This document shows, one piece after another, positions 24,274 through 34,361 of a DNA stretch of 64,000 nt. The notes under the pieces were generated by a model, which had not been told where the DNA came from, searched no databases, and saw only the letters and a list, made by a program, of their open reading frames with translations. The stretch is from a virus (taxonomy: Duplodnaviria > Caudoviricetes). The stretch spans positions 5,308 to 69,307 of IMG/VR virus record IMGVR_UViG_2513237141_000002; one strand, 5' to 3'. The stretch's first letter is position 1. Every line of letters starts with the position of its first letter. The translations under genes and the position numbers were made by a program.

Positions 24274-24543
24274 ATGTTCGATACCGAAAGAGCCATGCAC
24301 CTGATGGTGGAGTTCGCCCATATGACTCCGGGCGCGGCGATCTTCTATTCCATCGTGGTTATCTGCGCTTGGATGCTGGCGCAGCGGATGATCGACGTCA
24401 TGATCTGCGCGATGAAGCGGGTATGTCGGGCCGCATGGGATTTCGGCTGCTTCATGGGCGATGTGGTTTCCTCGCTGCGGGCGGATTATGAGCCAGACTA
24501 CGAGCCGATGCCGGAGCCGAAGCGGCGGCCGACACGGAAATAA
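24274..24543 (+). CDS. membrane protein
   Basis: One TM segment; AGGA RBS. Confidence 0.6.
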   Translation: MFDTERAMHLMVEFAHMTPGAAIFYSIVVICAWMLAQRMIDVMICAMKRVCRAAWDFGCFMGDVVSSLRADYEPDYEPMPEPKRRPTRK

Positions 24544-24569
24544 TCGGTTCTAAAGATAGACGGATATAG

Positions 24570-24905
24570 ATGAAGGGTTACAAGACTGGCGGAAGGCGCC
24601 CAGGATCAAAGAACAAGGTCCCTCCTGCGATTAAAGCAATCGCCCTTGCTATGGTGCCTGACGCAAACAAGACACTCCGCAGCCTCCTGAAGGGCGCCCC
24701 GGATGCAGTCAGGGTCCGCTGTATTGAGATCGTCTACGAGCGCGCTTTCGGCAAGCCGAGGCAGGAAATCGAGCACTCGGGCGCGCTGGGTGTCTATGAC
24801 CCGTCCAAGCTGACCACCGATGAACTCAGGACAGTCATTGCCATCCTTGAACGAGCTTCCGCCGACGGCGCTGACGGTGTTCAAGAGGGAACTGGCGAAG
24901 CGTGA
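24570..24905 (+). CDS. terS: terminase small subunit (probable)
   Basis: KTGGRRPGSKNK N-terminus, ERAFGKPRQ, EHSG...SKLTTDEL; directly upstream of terL. Confidence 0.7.
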   Translation: MKGYKTGGRRPGSKNKVPPAIKAIALAMVPDANKTLRSLLKGAPDAVRVRCIEIVYERAFGKPRQEIEHSGALGVYDPSKLTTDELRTVIAILERASADGADGVQEGTGEA

Positions 24906-26301
24906 GGTCGCCGAACATGCTGACGAGATCAAGGCCCGCTGTGGCCGGCTAATCGATTTCGTCCGCGAGTTCTGGTCGATCCTTGAGCCGAATGCGACCT
25001 TTGTTGAGAATTGGCATATCCACGCGATCTGCGATCATTTGGAGGCAGTGACCGCCGGGCGGATTACCCGGCTTCTGATCACGGTCCCACCGGGCAGCAT
25101 GAAATCGCTGCTGGTGTCGGTGTTCTGGCAGGCGTGGGAGTGGGGCCCGGCAGGCAAGCCGTTCCTGCGCTATCTGTCGACCGCCTTTAATGACGGTCCG
25201 GTTCTGCGCGACGCAGGCAAGTTTCTAAACCTGGTCACGTCAGAGAAGTTTCAGGCGCTGTGGCCATTGAAGATCGAGCGGACCGCGCTCACGGCGATGG
25301 AGAACAGCGCAAGGGGTGACCGTCGCGCGGTTGCCTTCGGCTCTCTGACCTCGCAGCGTGGTGACAGGCTGGTTATCGACGACCCGCACTCGACCACCAC
25401 GGCAGAGTCGGACGTCGAGCGCTTCAAGACGACAAGGCAGTTCCGGGAAGGCGCGCTGAACCGTCTCAACGACGCGCAGCGCTCTGCCATCGTGGTGATC
25501 ATGCAGCGATTGCATGAGGAGGATCTCGCCGGGGTGATCCTCAAGCTGAAGATGGGCTTTGTCCATCTAATGCTGCCGATGGAGTTTGAGCCGGAAAGAG
25601 CGTGTGAAACCCTCATTGGCTTTAAGGACCCCCGCGCATATGACGGGGAATTGCTCGATCCGGTGCGCTTCCCGAAGGAGGCGTGGGAGAAATTCAAGCA
25701 GGACACCACGCAATACGCCATAGCCGGGCAATATCAGCAGCGCCCCGCACCACGTGAGGGCGGCATCTTCAAGCGGGCATGGTTTGAGTTTGTGCCTGCT
25801 GTGCCTGCTGGTGCGCAGTATGTGCGCGGCTGGGATTTGGCGGCCTCGCTATCGGAGACCGCGGCCTATACCGCAGGCGTGCTGCTCGCGCTCAAGGATG
25901 GCGTCTACTACGTTGTGGACGTGCGGCGGGAGCGGGGAAGTCCTGGCGACGTCGAGCGCCTGTTGCGCAATACGGCCACTCATGACGGCGGGGACGTGCG
26001 GATATCCATTCCGCAAGATCCGGGGCAGGCTGGCAAGTCTCAGGTGCAGGCCTTTGCCAAGCTATTGGCGGGCTTTGACGTGCGGTTCTCGCCGGAGAGT
26101 GGGGACAAGCAGGACCGCGCCATGCCGGTATCGGCACAGGCCGAGGTCGGCAATATCAAGATTGTACGCGGCGACTGGAATGCAGACTTCATGGACGAGG
26201 TCTGCTCATTCCCGAATGGGACATACAAGGACCAGACCGACGCGCTGAGCCGGGCATTCTCGCAACTGTTGGCGCGCAAGCCGCAATTGGTGTTCGGTTA
26301 G
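24820..26301 (+). CDS. terL: terminase large subunit
   Basis: ITVPPGSMKS Walker A, LVIDDPH Walker B, IVVIMQRLHEEDL, RGWDLAAS, HDD-like YKDQTDA; exact start uncertain. Confidence 0.95.
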   Translation: MNSGQSLPSLNELPPTALTVFKRELAKREVAEHADEIKARCGRLIDFVREFWSILEPNATFVENWHIHAICDHLEAVTAGRITRLLITVPPGSMKSLLVSVFWQAWEWGPAGKPFLRYLSTAFNDGPVLRDAGKFLNLVTSEKFQALWPLKIERTALTAMENSARGDRRAVAFGSLTSQRGDRLVIDDPHSTTTAESDVERFKTTRQFREGALNRLNDAQRSAIVVIMQRLHEEDLAGVILKLKMGFVHLMLPMEFEPERACETLIGFKDPRAYDGELLDPVRFPKEAWEKFKQDTTQYAIAGQYQQRPAPREGGIFKRAWFEFVPAVPAGAQYVRGWDLAASLSETAAYTAGVLLALKDGVYYVVDVRRERGSPGDVERLLRNTATHDGGDVRISIPQDPGQAGKSQVQAFAKLLAGFDVRFSPESGDKQDRAMPVSAQAEVGNIKIVRGDWNADFMDEVCSFPNGTYKDQTDALSRAFSQLLARKPQLVFG

Positions 26302-26366
26302 CATAGACCGCAGGTTGCAACCGTCTCATTGGGTGCCGAAAACACCGGCCGGAGACCTATCCAAGG

Positions 26367-27740
26367 TTGAAAATGGGGCTGTTGGACATTTTTAAAAACC
26401 GGCGCCCCGGCCGTCGGAGGCATGAGCCGCCACGGGACACCATCCCGTTCCCGAACCTCATCAAGCCGAACGGGATACAGACCAATCGCAGGCTGGCCTA
26501 TAAGCCGATCCCGCGCAACCTGCGCTGGTTCGCGCTCAATCCCTATGCCCGCCGCGCCATCAATGCGATCAAGAACCCGATCGCAATGTTGGAGTGGGAG
26601 ATCACCCCGCTCGACAGGGACGAGAAGGGCAATTCTGAACTTGATCGGCAGATTGAGATCGCCACGTTCTGCTTTGACCACCCGAACAACGATGATTCAT
26701 TCCGCACGTTAACGGAACAGGTGACGGAGGACATTCTCCTTGGAGCCGGTGCTCTTGAAACACAACTATCAGGTGACGAGCAACGCCCCCTTTGGATGTG
26801 GCCAGTCGATGGACTCACAATACAGATTTATCCCCTATGGGACGGTAACCCTGCCGATCCCCGCTACGTGCAAATCGTGGGTTACGGCAACTTCGTCGGC
26901 AATGGAATGGGCCAGCAGGTCCAACTCCGAAACGACGAGCTCATATATATCCGGCCAAATCCCTCCAGCGCCACACCATTCGGACACGGACCGCTCGAAA
27001 TAGCCTTCAATACCGTGTCCCGCATCCTTGGCGTGGGCGAGTTCGCCGGGAATGTGGCGACAAATGCCCGTCCGTCTGTGGCGCTCGATCTGGGGGAGGG
27101 TGCGACCGAGGAGACGCTGAACGCCTTCCGCTCCTATTGGCGGAACGAGGTCGAGGGGCAGGGCACCATGCCGATCTGGGCCATGCAGTCGGTCGGCACC
27201 GACGGCAAGGCGCGCGGCCCGGAAGTACTTCGCATGTTCCCCGAGGGTGATAAGGCCCTTTATCTCGAATACCAGAACTTCCTGATCCGTGAGATCGCGA
27301 CGGCGTTTGACATCTCGCCGCAGGTGCTCGGCATCGAGAAGGACGTCAACCGCAACACCGCAGAGGTGGCCGACGACCGCGACCGGGCGCAGGCGATCAA
27401 GCCCTATGCCCATCTTGTGCAGGAACATCTGACCCGCGAGGCGCTGCACGGCAAGCTCGGGTTCTCGCAGCTGCAGTTCAGGTTCAAGGGCGTCGAGGCC
27501 GAAGACGAGCTCAACATCGCTCAGGTCTATGAGCATGAGTACAAGAATAACGCCTTGACCCCCAATGATTACAGGAGGGCACGAGGCTGGGACGCGTCAG
27601 ACAATCCATTCGCCGACATGCTCTTTGCAGACGTTGAGATCGCCATCCAGGCGGCGCGCGGTGCTGCACAGGTCGACGACAAGAACCTCGGCGGGGGCAA
27701 GTCCGCCAAGCCGAAACCCAAGCCGAAAGGTAAAAAATGA
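26367..27740 (+). CDS. portal protein
   Basis: Position after terL; LWPVDG, GHGPLEIA, IATAFDISPQVLG, LTPNDYRRARG. Confidence 0.9.
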   Translation: MKMGLLDIFKNRRPGRRRHEPPRDTIPFPNLIKPNGIQTNRRLAYKPIPRNLRWFALNPYARRAINAIKNPIAMLEWEITPLDRDEKGNSELDRQIEIATFCFDHPNNDDSFRTLTEQVTEDILLGAGALETQLSGDEQRPLWMWPVDGLTIQIYPLWDGNPADPRYVQIVGYGNFVGNGMGQQVQLRNDELIYIRPNPSSATPFGHGPLEIAFNTVSRILGVGEFAGNVATNARPSVALDLGEGATEETLNAFRSYWRNEVEGQGTMPIWAMQSVGTDGKARGPEVLRMFPEGDKALYLEYQNFLIREIATAFDISPQVLGIEKDVNRNTAEVADDRDRAQAIKPYAHLVQEHLTREALHGKLGFSQLQFRFKGVEAEDELNIAQVYEHEYKNNALTPNDYRRARGWDASDNPFADMLFADVEIAIQAARGAAQVDDKNLGGGKSAKPKPKPKGKK

Positions 27741-28030
27741 GCATTCCGGTTCATACCGTGCAGGTGCTGGACTCGCAGTCCGGTAGCGACTTCTTCGACC
27801 GCATGATCTTGGGGCAGAAGATCGCTGTAGCTGTCCCCAACGGCAGCTCTACCCAGACAGTTGCCGTCACATTCGTCGATGCCCTGCCGCAGGTCTATAG
27901 CGTGTTCGCATCGTTCAACACGACCGGTCTGACCTACTTCATCACCAGCAAGAGCTCGACCGGCTTTACCCTTAATGTCACCGGCACCACGTCGAGCACG
28001 ACCGCCGACATTCTCGTGGTGGCTGCCTGA
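27737..28030 (+). CDS. virion-associated hypothetical protein
   Basis: Beta-rich (VTFVDALPQVYSVF...ITSKSSTGFTL). Confidence 0.7.
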   Translation: MSIPVHTVQVLDSQSGSDFFDRMILGQKIAVAVPNGSSTQTVAVTFVDALPQVYSVFASFNTTGLTYFITSKSSTGFTLNVTGTTSSTTADILVVAA

Positions 28031-28158
28031 TGGCCGAGGTCAAGCATGAGTTCGGCGTCCGCTCCGGCACGCCCTTCCGCACCGCTCAGTCTGAGCAAGT
28101 GAAGAGTTCAAACCCGGGTGGTGGCCAGGTTGCCAAGCCCAATGGAGGCAGCAAATGA
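28030..28158 (+). CDS. small hypothetical protein
   Basis: Manual translation MAEVKHEFGVRSGTPFRTAQ...; coupled at both ends. Confidence 0.5.
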   Translation: MAEVKHEFGVRSGTPFRTAQSEQVKSSNPGGGQVAKPNGGSK

Positions 28159-28379
28159 CGACCGTTGTAACCAACCTCAAGGCGATCACGCCGACTGCCA
28201 ATGCCAAGTCTGTTGTCCAGACCAAGGGGGCTGACATCAGCTCTCTCATGCTCCTTGCCCAGCAGCATGGGGTGGAGTTGAACAACGTCATTACCCAGAT
28301 CCTCGCCCTGCACCCGACCGGCGGTGGTGATGCCGCCAATGTGACGGCCCTGCAGGCCATTCAGGCGCTGTTGCCCTGA
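28155..28379 (+). CDS. hypothetical protein
   Basis: Coupled ORF. Confidence 0.7.
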   Translation: MTTVVTNLKAITPTANAKSVVQTKGADISSLMLLAQQHGVELNNVITQILALHPTGGGDAANVTALQAIQALLP

Positions 28380-28741
28380 TGGCGAGGAAGCATAAGGACA
28401 CGTCGGGCTGGACGCCGGTTGCGCCCATGCCTGGCGGAGACGGCGAGGGCTCGGATGTACAGCCCGACGTCGTTGAGGCCAAGGAGGAGCCGTGGATTAA
28501 CATTCCAGGTGGTCGATCCTACACGCTTGACGAAATCAATCGAATGACGGCTGACGCTCCTCCCGCCCCCGAACCAACGGTTTTCCGCCCGATGGATCAT
28601 CTGGAGGGCACGTCCGGCGCGCTCCACGCCGTCCATATGCGCCTGATCGAGATGTTGCCATTCCTGCCCGCAGCGATCGAAGAGGCCGACGGCGCGCTGA
28701 AGGCGTTCCTGGAAATGCTGATGGGCATTCTGAAGGCATAA
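28379..28741 (+). CDS. hypothetical protein
   Basis: Coupled ORF. Confidence 0.7.
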   Translation: MARKHKDTSGWTPVAPMPGGDGEGSDVQPDVVEAKEEPWINIPGGRSYTLDEINRMTADAPPAPEPTVFRPMDHLEGTSGALHAVHMRLIEMLPFLPAAIEEADGALKAFLEMLMGILKA

Positions 28742-28744
28742 GGC

Positions 28745-30178
28745 ATGCAGACTGCGAAACTCGACAAAAAGAGCAGGGATGCGCTGTCCGACGAGCACTT
28801 CGCGGTTCCCGGCAAGCGCAAATTGCCGATCAATGACGAACACCATACCAAGCTAGCGTGGGATATGGTCGATCGTACCCAAGGTCTGACGCCAGAAGAG
28901 CGCAGCGGCGCCCGCAGTCGCATTCTGCACCGGGCCAAGGACCTCGGCATCGACACCAAGGACTGGCACAAGGTCCAGTCCATGGCGATCGAGTGCATGG
29001 CGCTCAACATCGCCAACGACGACAACCACCCCAACAAGATGCCGTTCTCCGGCGTCCTGACCAAGCTTGATGAGCCTTCGGATGCGCCTCCCGGCGGGGC
29101 GCGCGGCCGAAGGATCATTGTCACCTCCGAAGCCGCAAGCAAGGCCCTTGGCTCTCTGCTCGGCATGGCGGTTGACTTCACCCCGTCCTTTGACGGGCAC
29201 GATACCAAGGCCAAGATCGGGATCATCACGTCAGCCGACATCGTTGGCAACGAGATCCGCATCGAGGGCTTTGTCTATGCAGCGGATTTCCCGGAGACCG
29301 CAGAGCTCATCCAGGCATTGAAGGACGTGCTTGGCTTCTCGTTTGAGGCCGAACGTCTTTATGTCGAGGACCCTAGCGCGGACGTTCTCAGGATCACCGA
29401 TCTGACATTCACGGGTGCGGCCATCCTCCGCAAGGACAAGGCGGCATACACCACCACCTCACTCGCGGCTAGTGCCGAGGAGATCACAATGACAGTTGAT
29501 GAACTGAAGGCCCTCCTTGGCCCGATGCTCGCCGAGGCCGTGAAGCCGCTCGCTGATCGCCTCGACAAGGTCGAAGGGGAGCAGAATGAGCGTGTGGAGG
29601 CCAACGCCACCACGCGCGCCATGGTCGAGCCGCATTGCGCCGCGCTCGACGCCTGCCATGCCGCAATGGCTGCGGCTGGTGTTGGTGTGCATCCCGGTTC
29701 CGGCCACGTCCACGTGCTGCGCCGCATGTCGGACTCAATGCGCGCAGAGGCGGCGATCGGCAAGATCCCGCACATCTTCCGCGATCACGACTATCCGATG
29801 GGCGCTTCAGCCGACACAGAAAATGGAGAAGACGACGTGACGAAGGACGAGATCACCAAGCTGGTTGCAGAGGCGGTGACCGCCGCCGTCAAGCCGATGC
29901 AGGACCAGAACAAGGAACTGGCCGACAAGCTCGCCGCAGCCGAGACCAAGCTGAAGGACGCGAGCGAGAAGGCGCGTCTGGCTGCTGAAGCCCCGGCGCG
30001 CAAGACCGTCAACCCGATGGTCACCGCACTGCTCGCCAAGTCCGGCATTGGCCTGCCCGAAGGCGAGGACAAGCTTGCCATGCACAAGGTCGACGAAGCC
30101 CTGAAGGCCGCCGGCCTCGATGTGCAGAAGCGCATCATGGTCAAGAACGAACTCGGCCGCGTTGGCGCCCTGTCGTAA
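28745..30178 (+). CDS. prohead protease/scaffold with a DUF6582-like N-terminus
   Basis: LSDEHFAVPGKRKLPIND N-terminal domain; protease-like core (GHD..KIG, LGFSFE, FTGAAIL); coiled-coil C-terminus; precedes the MCP. Confidence 0.75.
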   Translation: MQTAKLDKKSRDALSDEHFAVPGKRKLPINDEHHTKLAWDMVDRTQGLTPEERSGARSRILHRAKDLGIDTKDWHKVQSMAIECMALNIANDDNHPNKMPFSGVLTKLDEPSDAPPGGARGRRIIVTSEAASKALGSLLGMAVDFTPSFDGHDTKAKIGIITSADIVGNEIRIEGFVYAADFPETAELIQALKDVLGFSFEAERLYVEDPSADVLRITDLTFTGAAILRKDKAAYTTTSLAASAEEITMTVDELKALLGPMLAEAVKPLADRLDKVEGEQNERVEANATTRAMVEPHCAALDACHAAMAAAGVGVHPGSGHVHVLRRMSDSMRAEAAIGKIPHIFRDHDYPMGASADTENGEDDVTKDEITKLVAEAVTAAVKPMQDQNKELADKLAAAETKLKDASEKARLAAEAPARKTVNPMVTALLAKSGIGLPEGEDKLAMHKVDEALKAAGLDVQKRIMVKNELGRVGALS

Positions 30179-30205
30179 CGCCGCACAAGAAAAGGACACG
30201 CACCA

Positions 30206-31216
30206 ATGACCGCACTCTGGTCTACCCCCGTCAAGGCGGCGGCCGACTTCCTCGGTAACGGCGCCATCGAAATCAACAAGTATGAGACCGAGATCTACGA
30301 CATTATCCGTCGTAACTCGGTCTTCCTGCAGCGCGTCGACCGTCGCCCCGCGAACGGCCACCCGCACCGCTACTTCGAGCAGACCGCGATTGCGTCCGCG
30401 ACCTTCACCGATCCGCGCAACATCTCCCCGACCCCGACCGGCCCGACCCGCGTTGAGCGTTCGGCGATGGTCAAGGCGATCACCAACCAAACCAACCTGT
30501 CGCTGTTCGACGTCGATGTGACGCGCCAGCAGGGCCAGTTTGCGTATGTCGAGGCCAAGGACATCGAGGATATCGTCAACTCGGTGGTCGTGGCCTCTGC
30601 TTCGGCAGTCTGGACCGGCACCGACACCTCGCTGACCTCGCCGACCACCACCCAGTACGTCTCGGCACTGACCCAGATCAGCACCTCGCCGAACGCTGCA
30701 GTGGCGATTGCCAACGGCGCCTCCATCATTGACGGCCTGAAGGCTCAGGTCGCCCAGATGGCGGCGAACACCACCTACGTCATCCGCCCGACGGCGATCT
30801 ATATCGACCCGATCCTGGGTGACTATCTCGATCGTGAAGCCAAGGCCTCGCAGCTCACCTTCGACAAGATCGAGGTCGTCGGGGGTGTCAAGGTCAACGC
30901 GATCCAGACCCAGATCGGTACCCTGCCTCTGATTGTCGATCCGTTCCTAGGGGCCGCAAAGACCGCCCAGACTGTCGCGGCCTATGGCCTGTCGGCGGTG
31001 CCTTCCGGCTTCAACGGCTACTATGCCGTGATCGTCACCGAGAAGGACATCGAGATGGCTGTTGTCCATGGTGGCGATGGTAATCTCAATCCGCGCCTCT
31101 TCCAGCTCGGGTTGCTCGCCGGCTTGCAGGGCCAGTATGTGGCGATTCTGTTCGACAACCTGATCGTCAAGGGCTTCGGCTACGCCCACAAACTCGTGCA
31201 GGTAATCCGGCCGTAA
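30206..31216 (+). CDS. major capsid protein
   Basis: 336 aa, after the scaffold, strongly biased codon usage, followed by a terminator. Confidence 0.85.
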   Translation: MTALWSTPVKAAADFLGNGAIEINKYETEIYDIIRRNSVFLQRVDRRPANGHPHRYFEQTAIASATFTDPRNISPTPTGPTRVERSAMVKAITNQTNLSLFDVDVTRQQGQFAYVEAKDIEDIVNSVVVASASAVWTGTDTSLTSPTTTQYVSALTQISTSPNAAVAIANGASIIDGLKAQVAQMAANTTYVIRPTAIYIDPILGDYLDREAKASQLTFDKIEVVGGVKVNAIQTQIGTLPLIVDPFLGAAKTAQTVAAYGLSAVPSGFNGYYAVIVTEKDIEMAVVHGGDGNLNPRLFQLGLLAGLQGQYVAILFDNLIVKGFGYAHKLVQVIRP

Positions 31217-31240
31217 CAGCCACTAACGGTCCCAGACTGA

Positions 31241-31269
31241 ACCCTCGGCCTTCGGGCCGGGGGTTTTTT
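31241..31269 (+). terminator. intrinsic terminator after the MCP
   Basis: ACCCTCGGCC-TTCG-GGCCGGGGGT followed by a T-tract. Confidence 0.85.
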
Positions 31270-31290
31270 ATTGAAGCACAGGAGTGCAAT

Positions 31291-31524
31291 TTGAAGGTCT
31301 ACAGTCGCGGCAGCAATCCCACCTCCACGCTGTATATCTGCCCGGCGGCGGATACGACCGGGGAAGTGCCGGCCGAATGGGTGGATGACAACAACAGTCC
31401 GCTGCAATTCACCATAGAGTTCAGGCACGGCGCGGCAGAGGTGCCCGATCCCATCGGGAAATATCTCATCGCTCGCGGCTATGCCAAGAAAACCAAGCTA
31501 ATCCTGCCGACGCTGGTCGCCTAA
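31291..31524 (+). CDS. hypothetical structural protein
   Basis: TTG start with AGGAG RBS. Confidence 0.7.
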   Translation: MKVYSRGSNPTSTLYICPAADTTGEVPAEWVDDNNSPLQFTIEFRHGAAEVPDPIGKYLIARGYAKKTKLILPTLVA

Positions 31525-31534
31525 AGGACAAACG

Positions 31535-31957
31535 ATGCCCCTAGTCTCAACCGAAGCCACGGGCCAGTATTGGGAGCCGCTGGCGAACGGCCCGGTGGCT
31601 CAGTGCGAGTTGGTCTCGCAGGCTCCCGGCCTGCTGGGCGCAACGCTGCCAACCACCGGCACGATCGCGGCGAGCGGCAACTGGATCTCGGCCATCATTG
31701 TATCGGACGGATTCAAGTCGCTCAGTGTCGGTGCCAAGTCCACCCAGACGGGCGCGATCAACGTGCAGCGCTATATCGATCGCGCGGGGACCGTTCCCGT
31801 CGGCACCGTGGTGACCGCTGCACTGGTCGCAGGTACCGCGCAATGGGTCACCAGCAACGACGGCATGGCCTTCCAGTCATTCACTGTGCAGATCACTAAC
31901 ACCGGAGCTAGTGCAGCCACCGTTACCAATTTCGCTGTCCTCTTGAACGCGAACTAA
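31535..31957 (+). CDS. hypothetical structural protein
   Basis: Beta-rich; AAGGA RBS. Confidence 0.75.
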   Translation: MPLVSTEATGQYWEPLANGPVAQCELVSQAPGLLGATLPTTGTIAASGNWISAIIVSDGFKSLSVGAKSTQTGAINVQRYIDRAGTVPVGTVVTAALVAGTAQWVTSNDGMAFQSFTVQITNTGASAATVTNFAVLLNAN

Positions 31958-31961
31958 GCCC

Positions 31962-32897
31962 ATGGCAGGCGGCTCCAACTACCTGGACGGGGAGGAGAAC
32001 CTCTTCGGCTTCCCCGGCGGCCTGCCTACGGTTCTGCCCTCTGGCGTAGGCGAGCAGGCCAGCGCCATTGTTGACGCCTACCTGAAACGTCCCGAAGGGC
32101 TGGTCTACGTCACCGACAAGAACGGCAACCCAGCGTTCATGAAGGCCGCGGTCCCGTCCATGACGTATACCGTGACGAGCGGGGCAATCACTGCCGGCAA
32201 TCTCGTGACGGTCACTGTGAGCCCGGCGAATATCCGGCCCGACATGATCGGCGAAGTCATGGTGATCAACCGCAACGGCCCTGATGAACTTGAGGCTGTG
32301 GTGGTGCAGGGCACGTCCGGCAACAACACGCTGACGTTCCAGACCTGCCAGTTCAACCACGGTGCCTCTGCCGAGCTGGATGTTGGGCTGGTGATTACCG
32401 AAGAACGGTCGATGCCGAACAAGCGCTCGATCGCGCGCTACTCAAAGTGGCCGATGCCGACGATCATGTCCCTCATGGGGCGGTACGCCTACGGCCGACG
32501 TTCCGATCAGGTCGGTGGCCTGTACCAGGAAATGAATCTCTTGGCCTCGGTGCAGACCTTCGGTGGTCCGCCGCAGTGGATACCCATTTCCATCACCCAA
32601 TGTTCCTGGAGCGACTCGACCGGGGAAATCTGGGTGCCGGCGGGCATGCTGCTCGCCTACTACAGCGACGTGAAGATCAAGTATGTCGCGGGATTCACGG
32701 CGAGCAATGTGCCCGACGAGATCGTCCGCGCGACGGCGTCGGTTGCAGCCGCGCTCATCAGCGCGCAGGCCTATGGCGGGGCAGGGCTCAAGATGATCAG
32801 CGCCGGTGACATGCGGATCGAGCGTTTCAGTTCGACCTATCTGGACGGCGATTCCAAGAAGCTTCTCGACCGTTACAAGGCACGACTGACCTTCTAG
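31962..32897 (+). CDS. head-tail adaptor-like protein
   Basis: C-terminal IKYVAGFTASNVPDEIVRATA...LLDRYK resembles head-tail connectors; enlarged by an inserted domain. Confidence 0.65.
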   Translation: MAGGSNYLDGEENLFGFPGGLPTVLPSGVGEQASAIVDAYLKRPEGLVYVTDKNGNPAFMKAAVPSMTYTVTSGAITAGNLVTVTVSPANIRPDMIGEVMVINRNGPDELEAVVVQGTSGNNTLTFQTCQFNHGASAELDVGLVITEERSMPNKRSIARYSKWPMPTIMSLMGRYAYGRRSDQVGGLYQEMNLLASVQTFGGPPQWIPISITQCSWSDSTGEIWVPAGMLLAYYSDVKIKYVAGFTASNVPDEIVRATASVAAALISAQAYGGAGLKMISAGDMRIERFSSTYLDGDSKKLLDRYKARLTF

Positions 32898-32913
32898 GGC
32901 AGGGGAGATCCAA

Positions 32914-33228
32914 ATGACCGACACCTGGAATGTAACGGCCGCCTACGACAAGTCATCCTACAATGCCGGCGACGTCATGACCGTTACCATCTCCGGTAAC
33001 GATGTCCTGACCACGACCACGACGACGCAGCAGCAGTCAGGAGCCTTGACGCTGACGCTTACGGCATCCGATGGGTCGACCACCACCATTACGATCCCGG
33101 CGACGACGGTGACCAGCACCCACACGACCTCGACGCCGGAGTCGGTCACGGTCACGGGCTTCTCGGATGACTCCGGCCGCGTCTGGACGATTGCGCCGAG
33201 CGGCTTGAGCATTAGCGCCACGGCCTGA
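32914..33228 (+). CDS. Thr-rich structural protein
   Basis: Beta/Thr-rich composition. Confidence 0.7.
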   Translation: MTDTWNVTAAYDKSSYNAGDVMTVTISGNDVLTTTTTTQQQSGALTLTLTASDGSTTTITIPATTVTSTHTTSTPESVTVTGFSDDSGRVWTIAPSGLSISATA

Positions 33229-33229
33229 C

Positions 33230-33400
33230 ATGTCGCTCACGCTGACGTTGACGGCCGCTGATGGTTCGACGCATCAGGTGACGCTGCCGCCGCCGACCGT
33301 GATGCGCATGCCGTTCCGCACCATCGTCTGGCAGGCCAGCGGGTTCGCTGAACGTCCGTTCCACGTCTTCTATCCGAGATTTCTCGGGACGGCCAAGTAA
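33230..33400 (+). CDS. small hypothetical protein
   Basis: Manual translation MSLTLTLTAADGSTHQVTLPPP...; start resembles LTLTLTASDGSTTTITIP of the previous gene. Confidence 0.55.
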   Translation: MSLTLTLTAADGSTHQVTLPPPTVMRMPFRTIVWQASGFAERPFHVFYPRFLGTAK

Positions 33401-33427
33401 GCCGCCACACAATCAATCCCCACGAAC

Positions 33428-33450
33428 ACCCGCCGCAAGGCGGGTTTTTT
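33428..33450 (+). terminator. intrinsic terminator
   Basis: ACCCGCC-GCAA-GGCGGGT followed by a T-tract. Confidence 0.85.
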
Positions 33451-33469
33451 ATTGGAGAGACCGCTCGCC

Positions 33470-34351
33470 ATGACCGGAATGTCTAACTACGCATCAAACG
33501 CCACCTTGAATTGGAAGACCGGCCAAATCCCGATGCCGTCGTTGCCGTCCGTTTATCTGGCAATGTTTACCGCGGTGGGCACCGATGCTGGCACTGGCTT
33601 CACCGAGGTGACCGGCGGCTCTTACGCCCGGGTGCAGATTGCCGGTGCAATCGCCGCTGCCGGTACATGGACGACCGCGACGCCCAACATCACGATGGGG
33701 TCATCGAACCCGGGCTGGGTCGTTCCCGGCATGACGGTCTATGACGTGACTGCGGCGTCTGCGATCGGAACCGTTTCTTCCTACTCTGGCACGGCGCTGA
33801 CGCTGACGTCGAATGCGTCGCACGCCTCGTCTGGCTCGACGGACAGCCTCACGTTCAGCGCATTCCCGAACGCCAGTGGCACGTCTCCTTCATCCGTGGT
33901 CAACGGTGCGGCGATCAACTTCGCTCAGGCTACCGCCAACTGGGGCACCGTCATTGCCTGGGGTACTTATGACGCGTCGTCGTCGGGGAATTTGATCGAT
34001 TGGGATTTCATGGGCAACTTTGCGTGGCAGCCCTTCACTATCCCGACAGCGTCGAGTCTGGCGACCGTCAAGGCCCATGGCTACTCCAGCAATGACCCGA
34101 TCGTGTTTAACCCCGAATATGGTGGCACGCTGCCAACCACATCGACTGGCGTGCTGACGGGCTACACGGTCAACTACGTTGCATCGCCATCGACCGACAC
34201 GTTCAACATCGACACCACATCCGGCCCGACCACGCCGATTGTCACGACCGCGTCCGGCTCCGGAAATGTGCGCAAGATCACGCAGCAGTCGATCCCGCAG
34301 GGTGTCACGGCCAGCTTCGCGGCATCAACCCTCACCCTGACGCTCGCGTAA
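33470..34351 (+). CDS. virion appendage/fibre-associated protein
   Basis: MSNYASNATLNW...YLAMFTA...EVTGGSYARV...INFAQATANWGTVIAWG..DASSSGN motif with inserted domains. Confidence 0.7.
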   Translation: MTGMSNYASNATLNWKTGQIPMPSLPSVYLAMFTAVGTDAGTGFTEVTGGSYARVQIAGAIAAAGTWTTATPNITMGSSNPGWVVPGMTVYDVTAASAIGTVSSYSGTALTLTSNASHASSGSTDSLTFSAFPNASGTSPSSVVNGAAINFAQATANWGTVIAWGTYDASSSGNLIDWDFMGNFAWQPFTIPTASSLATVKAHGYSSNDPIVFNPEYGGTLPTTSTGVLTGYTVNYVASPSTDTFNIDTTSGPTTPIVTTASGSGNVRKITQQSIPQGVTASFAASTLTLTLA

Positions 34352-34361
34352 GGGATCGTTC

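Noticed and set aside
28597-30490. Long minus-strand ORFs opposite the scaffold and capsid genes (likewise opposite the sheath, TMP and 34362-35984)
   Set aside because: Expected antisense shadows of high-GC, codon-biased genes; no RBS or motifs
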